NCBI GenBank assembly: GCA_002493515.1
Contig: DKYZ01000084.1
Span: forward strand, 9 to 64,008
Length of the DNA stretch: 64,000 nucleotides
DNA from: Porphyromonadaceae bacterium UBA7087
Lineage (GTDB): Bacteria > Bacteroidota > Bacteroidia > Bacteroidales > Muribaculaceae
Direction: 5' to 3'
The position numbers and the translations under genes were made by a program. Positions within the stretch are counted from its first letter, which is position 1. Each line of letters begins with the position of its first letter. Below the pieces are notes generated by a model that saw only the letters and a program-made list of their open reading frames with translations, did no database searches and was not told the origin of the DNA. Positions 49,714-59,054 of the stretch are shown here, one piece after another.

Positions 49714-50094
49714 TTACTCCTCGCAGAGCTTTTCGTATGCAGCTGCCTCAAGAAGGCTGTCGAGCTCGGAAGCGTCGCTGAGCTTAACCTTCATGATCCA
49801 GGCTGAGAACGCGTCCTTGTTCACCAGACCCGGCTCATCCTCGAGGGCCTCGTTAACCTCGACCACCTCACCGCTAACCGGGGAGATGAGGTCGCTGGCG
49901 GCCTTAACCGACTCAACAGCGCCGAACTCCTCGCCCTGGCTAACCTCGTCGCCTACCTCGGGCATGTCGACATACACGATGTCGCCCAGCGCGTGCTGCG
50001 CATAGTCTGTGATTCCTACTGTGGCGATATCGCCCTCTACCTTTACCCACTCATGGGAGTCTGCGTAACGCAGTCCTTCTATTACTTTGCTCAT
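49714..50094 (-). CDS. gcvH: Glycine cleavage H protein
   Basis: HEWV, GITDYAQ and ESVKAAS (lipoyl Lys). Confidence 0.96.
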   Translation of the reverse strand: MSKVIEGLRYADSHEWVKVEGDIATVGITDYAQHALGDIVYVDMPEVGDEVSQGEEFGAVESVKAASDLISPVSGEVVEVNEALEDEPGLVNKDAFSAWIMKVKLSDASELDSLLEAAAYEKLCEE

Positions 50095-50164
50095 TTTCTA
50101 TTTTTGATTTTTTGTTTTTTCTCTTGTCATATCCGATGCCGCCAGCGGCCCCGGATTCTTTTTC

Positions 50165-51259
50165 TCACTTCTTGTAGTTCTTGTCGTAGAAACGCTTTTT
50201 CACAACCTTGGCAGGGAAAGTCTTCTTGCGGATGCGCACCTCAACCTCTGTACCGAGTTTGTCATAGGGCTTGTTGACCATGGCCATGGCCACACTCTTG
50301 CCTGTGGAAATCGAGCGGTAGCCGGTAGTGATCTCACCGATAACCTCACCGTTCACCTCCACGGGATATCCGTGGCGCGGAATGGCGTTTCCTTCGAGCT
50401 CCAGGCCGACGATTCTGCGCTTCACGCCTTCTGCCTTCTGCTTTGCGAGAGCCTCTTTGCCGATGAACTCAAGCTTGTCAAGCTTAACGAACATGCTGAG
50501 GCTCGCCTCGATCGGGCTGATTTCCTCGCTAAGCTCGTCGCCATAAAGGGGCAGACCCACCTCAAAGCGGAGGGTATCGCGGCAACCGAGTCCGCATGCC
50601 TGAACGCCAGCCTCCATCAGCTTGTCCCACACCTTAATTATATATTCATGGCTGCCGTAGATTTCAAAGCCGTCCTCGCCGGTATAACCCGTGCGGCTTA
50701 CGATTACCTCCTCGCCGTCGATCTGGAATGTCTTGAAGTTATAGAAAGCGATGTCCTTCACCGGAATGCCAAGCACCTTCTCGACAGTTTCCTCAGCCTT
50801 GGGGCCCTGAACGGCTACCTCGCCGTATTTGTCGCTCTCGTTGGTCACTGTCACGTCGAATCCCTCGGCGTTCTTCATGATCCAGGCTACGTCTTTGTCG
50901 ATGTTGGCCGCGTTGATCACGAGGAAATACTCCTCGTCGTTCACTTTATACACCAGCAGGTCGTCTACGGTGCCTCCGTTCTCCAGGCACATCATTCCGT
51001 AGAATATCTGTCCGTCAGGCGCGCCGGTGACATCGTTCACGAAAATATGGCTTACATACTTATAAGCCTCAGGGCCTTTGACCCTGACTTCTCCCATGTG
51101 GCTGACGTCGAATACGCCTACCTCATGACGCACGGCATTGTGCTCCTCTGTTATGCCCACATACTGTATAGGCATGTCAAAGCCGCCGAAAGGCGACATC
51201 TGCGCTCCTTGCTTCACATGGCGGTCGTGAAGGCAGGTCTTGATCAGTTTCTCTTCCAT
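50165..51259 (-). CDS. gcvT: Aminomethyltransferase (T protein)
   Basis: FDVSHMG, SRTGYTGEDGFE and GLGCRDTLRFE; TAATTTTG promoter at 51358-51351. Confidence 0.96.
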   Translation of the reverse strand: MEEKLIKTCLHDRHVKQGAQMSPFGGFDMPIQYVGITEEHNAVRHEVGVFDVSHMGEVRVKGPEAYKYVSHIFVNDVTGAPDGQIFYGMMCLENGGTVDDLLVYKVNDEEYFLVINAANIDKDVAWIMKNAEGFDVTVTNESDKYGEVAVQGPKAEETVEKVLGIPVKDIAFYNFKTFQIDGEEVIVSRTGYTGEDGFEIYGSHEYIIKVWDKLMEAGVQACGLGCRDTLRFEVGLPLYGDELSEEISPIEASLSMFVKLDKLEFIGKEALAKQKAEGVKRRIVGLELEGNAIPRHGYPVEVNGEVIGEITTGYRSISTGKSVAMAMVNKPYDKLGTEVEVRIRKKTFPAKVVKKRFYDKNYKK

Positions 51260-51552
51260 TTTATGACTTTTTTGGTCAGTTCTTGATCTCTCAATGCCTT
51301 GCTTCTGTGTGTTTCGGGCATTTCGATATAAGGTTACTCTTTTTACAGCCCAAAATTAATATAACCTGGAATATTTTCCAAATATTTTCGTAAAAAACGC
51401 TCCTTCTATCTCTCCATACCCCCCATTTTATTTTTATTTCACATCTTCAACCGTATTCTCCACTCCACTTTCGCGGATTTTTGTTAACTTTGCCGTTCAA
51501 TCCGTCCGGATTCCATCGTTTCCGGCACCCAATACCCATCCTCCCGTTTTTT

Positions 51553-52794
51553 ATGGACAATTACTCCCTGTTCATCGCCCGAAGAATGTCGCTCGCCTCG
51601 AATGGCGGCAAAAACTCCCCCGCCATAAAGGTGGCGGTGGCCGCCGTAGCCCTTTCCGTGGCAGTGATGCTCGCCGCAGTCGCCATTGTCCTTGGGTTCA
51701 AAAAAGAAATCCATGACAAGGCTGTAGGTTTCAACTCCCATATCACTCTTTACGCAGCAAGCCAGGGCGAGGAGGGCAACACACTGACCCTGACGCCCAC
51801 CCTGGCCAACATGATGTCTGACCTCCCTTTTGTCAAGGAGTTCAACATCCAGTCTGTGATTCCAGCGATTCTTAAAACGCCCACCGACTTCAAAGGGGTC
51901 TATCTCAAGGGGCTCGTCGGCGACCAGGGAAGGCTGTTCATGCAGAGCAACCTCATTGAAGGGTCAGTGCCGGATTACTCGAAGGAGGAGAACAGACTGA
52001 AGGTTCTGATCTCTGAGAAGGCGGCGCGGGAGCTCGGTCTGAAAACCGGCGACAACATCGACACCTATTTCATATCCGACGACGTCAGGGTGCGCAGGCT
52101 CAAAGTAGCCGGCGTCTACAATTCCCATTTCGAGGCATACGACGACATTCTGGTCTTCGGCGACATAGCGACTGTACAGCAGCTCGGACTCCTGCAGCCG
52201 AATCAGGGAACCGCCTTACTTATTAATGTGGATGATTTCGACCAGGTGGAGCAGTACTCGGCAGAAATACAGAACAAGCTCACCCAGGCGCTTGCCGACG
52301 GCATACTGTACCGTCAGTACATCGTGGAAAATGTGCAGACCCAGAGCGCCGGTTTATTCCGCTGGCTGTCGCTCCTTGACATGAATGTGGCGGTTGTGCT
52401 CGCGCTGATGACAGTCGTGGCCTGCATAACCCTGATATCGGGTATGCTCATCATCATCCTTGACAAGAAGCGCTTCATCGGCCTCATGAAGGCTCTCGGC
52501 GCTCCGTCAGCGGCCATCAGAAGGATTTTCATTTATCTTGCAATCAAGATAGCGGCCATAGGCCTGGCGATAGGCAACATACTTATGCTCGCCTTGCTTT
52601 TTATCCAGAAACATACCCATTTCATACCGCTTGACCCTGACTCCTATTATATCGACTTCGTGCCTGTCGAGATCTCCTGGATTTCGGTAGCCGTGCTTAA
52701 TTTAGGTGTCCTGATTGTGATTTACGTGGCTCTCGTGCTCCCGTCGCGCTCAGTGGCGAAAGTCTCGCCGGCTGAGACAATGCGCTATGAGTGA
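51553..52794 (+). CDS. LolC/E (FtsX-like) ABC permease
   Basis: N-terminal TM, GFKKEI, periplasmic domain, IGLMKALGA, three C-terminal TMs. Confidence 0.88.
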   Translation: MDNYSLFIARRMSLASNGGKNSPAIKVAVAAVALSVAVMLAAVAIVLGFKKEIHDKAVGFNSHITLYAASQGEEGNTLTLTPTLANMMSDLPFVKEFNIQSVIPAILKTPTDFKGVYLKGLVGDQGRLFMQSNLIEGSVPDYSKEENRLKVLISEKAARELGLKTGDNIDTYFISDDVRVRRLKVAGVYNSHFEAYDDILVFGDIATVQQLGLLQPNQGTALLINVDDFDQVEQYSAEIQNKLTQALADGILYRQYIVENVQTQSAGLFRWLSLLDMNVAVVLALMTVVACITLISGMLIIILDKKRFIGLMKALGAPSAAIRRIFIYLAIKIAAIGLAIGNILMLALLFIQKHTHFIPLDPDSYYIDFVPVEISWISVAVLNLGVLIVIYVALVLPSRSVAKVSPAETMRYE

Positions 52795-52854
52795 CATGTT
52801 TTCCCCTTGCCTTTAACTTTATTTTATTTAAATTATACGTGCCGTATCCGAATA

Positions 52855-52869
52855 TGGCACGCTTTTTGC
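52855..52869 (+). promoter_or_regulatory. Sigma54-type -24/-12 promoter of htpG
   Basis: TGGCACG-CTTT-TTGC, exact GG-N10-GC spacing. Confidence 0.7.
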
Positions 52870-52941
52870 CTTATCCATTACCGGTTGCCCAGCAAGGCAA
52901 CAGCTATTATTCAGATAATCAAAACAAAACCCAAAGATAAA

Positions 52942-54978
52942 ATGTCAACTGGAAAAATTGGGGTTACTACCGAAAATATTTTCCCCGTAATCAAGAAATT
53001 CCTTTACAGCGACCACGAGATCTTCCTCCGTGAGCTCGTTTCAAATGCAATCGACGCTACCCAGAAGCTGAGGACCCTCTCTTCATTCGGCGAGTTCAAG
53101 GGTGAGCTCGGCGAGATGAATGTCAAGGTTTCCGTCGACAAGGAGGCCGGCACTCTGACCGTCTCCGACCACGGAATCGGCATGGATGCATCCGACATTG
53201 AGAAATACATCAACCAGATTGCGTTCTCCGGCGCAGAGGAGTTCCTTGCAAAATACAAAGACACCGCCAACTCTATCATAGGCCATTTCGGCCTCGGTTT
53301 CTATTCGGCTTTCATGGTCTCGAAGAAAGTCGTGATTCGCTCCCTTTCCTATAAGGAGGATGCCAAGGCCGTGGAATGGAGCTGCGACGGCTCTCCGGAA
53401 TATGAGATGAAGGAGATCGAGAAGGAAGGAAGAGGCACTGACGTGATACTCTACCTCGATGACGACAGCAAGGAGTTCCTTGAGCAGGCCCGCATCGACA
53501 CTCTTCTCAAGAAATACTGCCGTTTCCTCCCCGTGCCTGTGATTTCCGGAAAAGAGCAGGAGTGGAAAGACGGCAAATATGTCGACACCGACAAGGACCG
53601 CGTGATAAACGCCACCGAGCCGCTCTGGACAAAGAAGCCCTCCGACCTCAAGGACGAGGACTACCTTCGTTTCTATCACGAGCTGATGCCCGGAAACGAA
53701 GACCCCATGTTCTGGATTCACCTCAATGTGGACTACCCCTTCAACCTCACCGGCATTCTCTACTTCCCCAAGATCAAGAGCAATATCGACATTCAGAAAA
53801 ACCGCATACAGCTCTACTGCAACCAGGTCTATGTCACCGACCAGGTGGAGGGCGTCGTTCCTGAGTTCATGACCCTCATGCAGGGTGTCATCGACTCTCC
53901 CGACATTCCGCTCAACGTCAGCCGAAGCTATCTCCAGGCCGACCAGCAGGTGAAGAAGATATCCTCATATATCTCCAAGAAGGTGGCCGAGAAGCTCGAC
54001 AAGATGTTCAAGGACGACCGCAAGGCTTTCGAGAGCAAGTGGGACGACATAAAGATTTTCATCGAATACGGTATGCTGACCGACGAGAAGTTCTACGAGG
54101 CCTCGAAGAAATTCTTCCTCCTCAAGGATGTGGAGGGCGCTTATTTCACTCTTGAGGAATACCGCAAGCTCATCGAGGCAGAACAGACCGATAAGGACAA
54201 TACCGTAATCTACCTCTATGCTACCGACAAGGCAGAGCAGTATACCTATATAAAGGATGCCCAGGACCTCGGTTACAGCGTCCTCCTCATGGACGGACAG
54301 CTTGACCCTCACCTCGTCTCGATGCTCGAGAGCAAGATTGAGAAGACCCGCTTCGTAAGGGTTGACTCTGATATCGCGGAGCGTCTGATCGTGAAATCAG
54401 ACTCCAAGGAGGCCGGTCTCTCTCCGGAGCAGACCGACATGATGTCGACTCTCTTCCGCACCCAGATTCCGGAGATCGAGAAGACCAATTTCATCGTGAC
54501 TTTCGCACAGCTCAGCGCCGAGGCCTCTCCGGCCACCATCACGCAGAATGAGTTCATGCGACGCATGAAGGAGATGGCGGCAATGCAGCCCGGTGCCGCT
54601 TTCTACGGCGAGATGCCCGACAGCTATGAGCTCGTGGTCAATACCGCCCAGCCCGCTGTCAAGAAAATCATCGAGCTTGCATCCGACGCTCTTAGCGCTG
54701 AGGTGACTCCGATACGCTCCGAGATAGAGACCTTGAACAAGGAAATCGAGGATGCCCGCAAGGCTGCTTCCGACAAGAAGGAGCAGGCTCCCGACCTTTC
54801 TGAAAAGGAGTCAAAGGTAGCGGATCTCCGCAAGCGCGAGGAGGATATCATCCGCACTTACGCTGCGGCCCAACCCAACGTAAAGCAGATCATAGATCTC
54901 GCCCTTCTCCAGAGCAACCTCCTCAAGGGGGAGAAGCTCAACGAGTTCATCCGTCGCTCTGTCTCGCTCCTTTCATAA
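52942..54978 (+). CDS. htpG: Chaperone HtpG (Hsp90)
   Basis: LYSDHEIFLRELVSNA.DA, DHGIGM, IGHFGLGFYSAF and IPLNVSRS. Confidence 0.96.
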   Translation: MSTGKIGVTTENIFPVIKKFLYSDHEIFLRELVSNAIDATQKLRTLSSFGEFKGELGEMNVKVSVDKEAGTLTVSDHGIGMDASDIEKYINQIAFSGAEEFLAKYKDTANSIIGHFGLGFYSAFMVSKKVVIRSLSYKEDAKAVEWSCDGSPEYEMKEIEKEGRGTDVILYLDDDSKEFLEQARIDTLLKKYCRFLPVPVISGKEQEWKDGKYVDTDKDRVINATEPLWTKKPSDLKDEDYLRFYHELMPGNEDPMFWIHLNVDYPFNLTGILYFPKIKSNIDIQKNRIQLYCNQVYVTDQVEGVVPEFMTLMQGVIDSPDIPLNVSRSYLQADQQVKKISSYISKKVAEKLDKMFKDDRKAFESKWDDIKIFIEYGMLTDEKFYEASKKFFLLKDVEGAYFTLEEYRKLIEAEQTDKDNTVIYLYATDKAEQYTYIKDAQDLGYSVLLMDGQLDPHLVSMLESKIEKTRFVRVDSDIAERLIVKSDSKEAGLSPEQTDMMSTLFRTQIPEIEKTNFIVTFAQLSAEASPATITQNEFMRRMKEMAAMQPGAAFYGEMPDSYELVVNTAQPAVKKIIELASDALSAEVTPIRSEIETLNKEIEDARKAASDKKEQAPDLSEKESKVADLRKREEDIIRTYAAAQPNVKQIIDLALLQSNLLKGEKLNEFIRRSVSLLS

Positions 54979-55039
54979 GGGGACTGCGACACATTCTCCA
55001 TGGATGCCGGAATGCGACAGCCATGCGGATAATCACCAT

Positions 55040-55083
55040 AGCCAGGGTCTGAAAATGTTTATTTTCAGGCCTTGGCTTTTTTT
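55040..55083 (+). terminator. Intrinsic terminator of htpG
   Basis: AGCCAGGGTCTGAAAAT / ATTTTCAGGCCTTGGCT followed by a T run. Confidence 0.85.
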
Positions 55084-55199
55084 ATTCCCCTAATCGTAGG
55101 ATTTTAGAAAGGAAAATGATAAATTTGTAGTCTCACTGAGTTTCGCGAACTGCAATTCGCTCTCCGAGGCGTGCGCGGACATTTATTCATTCCTTATAT

Positions 55200-57215
55200 A
55201 TGACACCACAAGAGGCAAAAACCGAAATCGACCGGTTGAGAGAAGAAATCAACCGCCACAATTATAATTATTACGTTCTCAACTCCCCGGAAATCAGCGA
55301 TTTCAACTTCGACAGGCTGCTCCGCAGGCTTGAAAAGCTCGAAAAGGAGTTCCCGCAGTATCTTGACCCCCTCTCCCCTACCCAGCGCGTCGGCTCCGAC
55401 CTGACAAAAGGGTTTGAGCACGTTGTCCATGCGCGCCCGATGATGTCACTCTCCAACACCTACTCCATCAATGAGGTCGACGAATGGTTCCACCGCGTCT
55501 CGAAAGCCCTCGAGAGTGAGGACTTCTCAATTGTGGGCGAGATGAAGTTTGACGGCACCTCCATTTCCCTAACTTATCATGACGGACGCCTCGTGCGCGC
55601 CGTCACACGCGGTGACGGAACACAGGGCGATGACGTGACGGCCAATGTCAAGACCATACGCAGCGTCCCATTGCAACTCCTTCCCGGCGACTGGCCACAG
55701 GATTTCGAGATTCGTGGCGAGATTCTCATGCCCTGGGAAGTTTTCGAGAAACTTAACGCCGAGAGGGCCTACAACGAGGAGCCTCTCTTCGCAAACCCGC
55801 GCAACGCAGCCTCAGGCACTCTCAAGACACAAGACCCGCGTGAAGTGGCGAAACGCCATCTCGACGCCCGTTTCTATTATCTGCTGAGCGACAATCTTCC
55901 TTTCGACAGCCATTACGAGAATATGCTTGCCGCGCAGCACTGGGGCTTCAAGGTATCGAAAGCCATGACCACCATGAAATCCCTTAAGGAGGTTGATGAT
56001 TATATCGCTTACTGGGACGAGCACCGCAAGGAACTTCCTGTCGCCACCGACGGTCTCGTCTTCAAGGTCAATTCCCTGCGTCAGCAGCTCAACCTCGGCT
56101 ACACGGCGAAATCGCCTCGCTGGGCCGTGGCCTTCAAGTTCAATCCGGAGAGGGCATGCACGCCCCTGCGCTTCGTGTCGTTCGAGACGGGCAGGATGGG
56201 AATAGTCACTCCCGTGGCTAACCTGGAGCCTGTACAGCTTTCGGGCACGATTGTCAAGCGCGCATCCCTGCACAACAACGACATCATGCAGGAGCTCGAC
56301 ATCCACCAGGGCGACTGGCTGTATGTCGAGAAGGCCGGAGAGATAATACCACAGATCACTGGCGTGGAGAAGAGCCGCCGGCAGCCTGACGCGGAGAAGG
56401 TGGTCTTTGTAGACAAGTGTCCGGAATGCGGAACGCCTCTTGAGCGCATATACGGCGACGCTGCCTGGGTATGCCCCAACAAATATGGCTGCCGCCCGCA
56501 GATCACAGGGCGAATCGAGCATTTCTGCGCCCGGAGGATGATGAATATCGACGGCATCGGCGAGGAAACCGCCGAACTGCTTTATAATTGCGGTCTCGTG
56601 GAGCGTATCGGTCAGCTTTACGACCTTACGGAGGAGCGACTCGCCAGCCTCGACCGTATAGGAGAGAAGACAGCCCGAAGGATAATCAAGGGAATCGAGG
56701 ACTCAAAGAAAGTGCCTTTCGAGAGGGTACTGTATGCCCTTTCCATCCCGAACGTAGGCGAGACCACCGCCAAACGACTTGCCAATGGCGTCAAGTCGAT
56801 GGCTCACCTTAAAGAAATGGGACTGGAAGAGCTTTCCGCCCTACAGGACATCGGCCCTGTGATTGCCCGCAACATCCATGACTTCCTCCGCGAACCAGTG
56901 AACGCCGACAATATCGAGCGTCTTGAGGCTGCCGGCGTCCAGATGCAGCTGTCGGCGGATAAGCTCGCTCCGAAAGGCGATCTCCTCGATGGCAAGACAA
57001 TCGTCATTTCCGGAACATTCGCCCGCCATTCGCGCGACGAATACAAGGAAATCATCGAACGCCAGGGGGGAAAGAATGCCGGCAGCATATCCAAAAAGAC
57101 ATCCTTCGTGCTTGCCGGAGAGAATATGGGGCCCGCCAAGCGCGAGAAATGCGAGAAGCTCGGCATTCCAATGATTTCCGAGGAGGATTTCCTATCCATG
57201 ATAGGCGAAGCCTGA
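55200..57215 (+). CDS. ligA: NAD-dependent DNA ligase
   Basis: SPTQRVG, KFDG adenylation motif, NPRNAASG, zinc finger and BRCT. Confidence 0.96.
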   Translation: MTPQEAKTEIDRLREEINRHNYNYYVLNSPEISDFNFDRLLRRLEKLEKEFPQYLDPLSPTQRVGSDLTKGFEHVVHARPMMSLSNTYSINEVDEWFHRVSKALESEDFSIVGEMKFDGTSISLTYHDGRLVRAVTRGDGTQGDDVTANVKTIRSVPLQLLPGDWPQDFEIRGEILMPWEVFEKLNAERAYNEEPLFANPRNAASGTLKTQDPREVAKRHLDARFYYLLSDNLPFDSHYENMLAAQHWGFKVSKAMTTMKSLKEVDDYIAYWDEHRKELPVATDGLVFKVNSLRQQLNLGYTAKSPRWAVAFKFNPERACTPLRFVSFETGRMGIVTPVANLEPVQLSGTIVKRASLHNNDIMQELDIHQGDWLYVEKAGEIIPQITGVEKSRRQPDAEKVVFVDKCPECGTPLERIYGDAAWVCPNKYGCRPQITGRIEHFCARRMMNIDGIGEETAELLYNCGLVERIGQLYDLTEERLASLDRIGEKTARRIIKGIEDSKKVPFERVLYALSIPNVGETTAKRLANGVKSMAHLKEMGLEELSALQDIGPVIARNIHDFLREPVNADNIERLEAAGVQMQLSADKLAPKGDLLDGKTIVISGTFARHSRDEYKEIIERQGGKNAGSISKKTSFVLAGENMGPAKREKCEKLGIPMISEEDFLSMIGEA

Positions 57216-57297
57216 TTTTTTTAGTAATTTTGCATCATGATTCTCTCTCATCTTCAATGTCGCGGCGAAGCGTAAGCCGAGCCTAAAAAATCCGAAT

Positions 57298-58245
57298 ATG
57301 GCAAATCTAAACAAAAACATCGACAATCACGAGTATGAATACTCAGGAGCAACCATCAATGGCTTCGCCATGCTCTTCTTCACTTTCATCCTCATCCCGG
57401 CCCTCATAGTCCTGGCATTCGTATGCTGGGGAGACGCTCATGAAGGCCTCGCGATAGGAGTGTCAATCCCGCTGTTTCTGCTTTTTATCCTCGGCTGCGC
57501 CGGATATTTCATCCAGGAACCCAACGAGGCTCGCGTAATGATATTTTTCGGCAAATATTCCGGCACATGCCGCAAGGTAGGTTATTTCTGGGTGAATCCG
57601 TTCATGACCCGAAAGAAACTCTCCCTGCGCATACGCAACATGGACATAGAGCCTATCAAGGTCAACGACAAGATCGGCAACCCTGTGCTCATCGGCATGG
57701 TGCTCGTATGGAAGATCAAGGACACCTACCGGGTGGTCTTTGACCTTGACTCCCAGTCGCTCGGAGCCTCCGGCTCCTCCATAAGCAACGCCGCCCTTGA
57801 GAGGTTCGTGCGCATCCAGAGCGATGCCGCGCTGCGTGAGGTGACCGGCCATTTCGCCTACGACCAGACCGGAGTCTCGGAGTCCGAGCTGACCCTGCGC
57901 GAAGGGGGTGAGGAAATCAACGAGCTCCTTGAGCGCAAGATAAACGAACGCCTGTCGATGGCGGGAATGGAAGTCGTGGAGGCCCGCATCAACTATCTGG
58001 CCTATGCCCCCGAGATCGCTGCCGTGATGCTGCGTCGCCAGCAGGCCTCGGCAATAATATCGGCACGCGAGAAGATTGTGGAGGGGGCTGTATCAATGGT
58101 GGAGATGGCTCTCGACAGGATTGAGAAAAACAATATCGTGAGGCTCGACGAGGAGAAGAAAGCGGCTATGGTCAGCAATCTCCTGGTGGTGCTTTGCGCC
58201 GACGAACCCGTCACCCCGATGCTAAACACTACCCAGAACTCATGA
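57298..58245 (+). CDS. SPFH (band 7) domain membrane protein
   Basis: Two TM segments; KVND..GNP, LAYAPEIAAVMLRRQQA and MVSNLLVVLC. Confidence 0.9.
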   Translation: MANLNKNIDNHEYEYSGATINGFAMLFFTFILIPALIVLAFVCWGDAHEGLAIGVSIPLFLLFILGCAGYFIQEPNEARVMIFFGKYSGTCRKVGYFWVNPFMTRKKLSLRIRNMDIEPIKVNDKIGNPVLIGMVLVWKIKDTYRVVFDLDSQSLGASGSSISNAALERFVRIQSDAALREVTGHFAYDQTGVSESELTLREGGEEINELLERKINERLSMAGMEVVEARINYLAYAPEIAAVMLRRQQASAIISAREKIVEGAVSMVEMALDRIEKNNIVRLDEEKKAAMVSNLLVVLCADEPVTPMLNTTQNS

Positions 58246-59030
58246 CAGAGACACTAAAGGAAACAGAAATCGACGGCGTGACGCTGCGTTACGCCGAGGC
58301 GGGTCCGGACGACGGAATCCCGGTGATATTGATGCATGGATGGGGCTGCGACCATTCCACCGTGGCCTTCATAGAGGGCTGTCTCTCTCCCGGAATGCAC
58401 ATCTATAACCTCGACCTTCCGGGCCATGGCATGAGCACTGAGCCGCCTGAGGCATGGGGCATCGAGAGATTCACCGGGCTTGTGGAGAAGTTCATAAGGC
58501 TCAACGGCATCGACCGTCCTGTCCTCATAGGCCATTCATTCGGAGGCAGGATATCGATACTGCTCTCCTCGCGCAACGACGTGAGAAAGGTTGTTCTCGT
58601 TGACGCGGCAGGAATAAAGCCCCGGCGTCCGTTGAAATATTACCTGAAGGTCTATTCCTTCAAGGCAATGAAGCGTCTTGCCCCGGTTTTTCTCGGCAAA
58701 AAGAGAGGCAACGCCCTCATCGACCGCCGTCGGGCCAAGGCCGGCTCAGCCGACTATCGGAATTCCTCCCCTATGATGCGTGCTGTGATGAGCCGATGCG
58801 TAAATGAGGACCTCAAGCATGTGATGCCTTCAATCAAGGCCCCTGTCCTGCTCATATGGGGCGAGAACGACACCGCCACCCCACTCTCCGACGCCAAGAC
58901 AATGGAACGCCTGATTCCCGATGCCGGACTTGTAAGCTTCCCGGGCTGCGGCCATTACTCCTTCCTTGACAATCCGGCCGGCTTCAAGGCCGTAATCCTC
59001 GAATTCCTGAAAAAGGATATGAAACACTGA
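58242..59030 (+). CDS. Alpha/beta hydrolase
   Basis: HGWG, DLPGHG, GHSFGG, WGEND and GH catalytic triad motifs. Confidence 0.9.
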   Translation: MTETLKETEIDGVTLRYAEAGPDDGIPVILMHGWGCDHSTVAFIEGCLSPGMHIYNLDLPGHGMSTEPPEAWGIERFTGLVEKFIRLNGIDRPVLIGHSFGGRISILLSSRNDVRKVVLVDAAGIKPRRPLKYYLKVYSFKAMKRLAPVFLGKKRGNALIDRRRAKAGSADYRNSSPMMRAVMSRCVNEDLKHVMPSIKAPVLLIWGENDTATPLSDAKTMERLIPDAGLVSFPGCGHYSFLDNPAGFKAVILEFLKKDMKH

Positions 59031-59054
59031 CTTAAATAATTTCATATATACGAT

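Noticed and set aside
51260-51360. Glycine riboswitch upstream of gcvT
   Set aside because: The leader is short and lacks the GGAGA, CCGAAG and CTCTCAGG consensus elements
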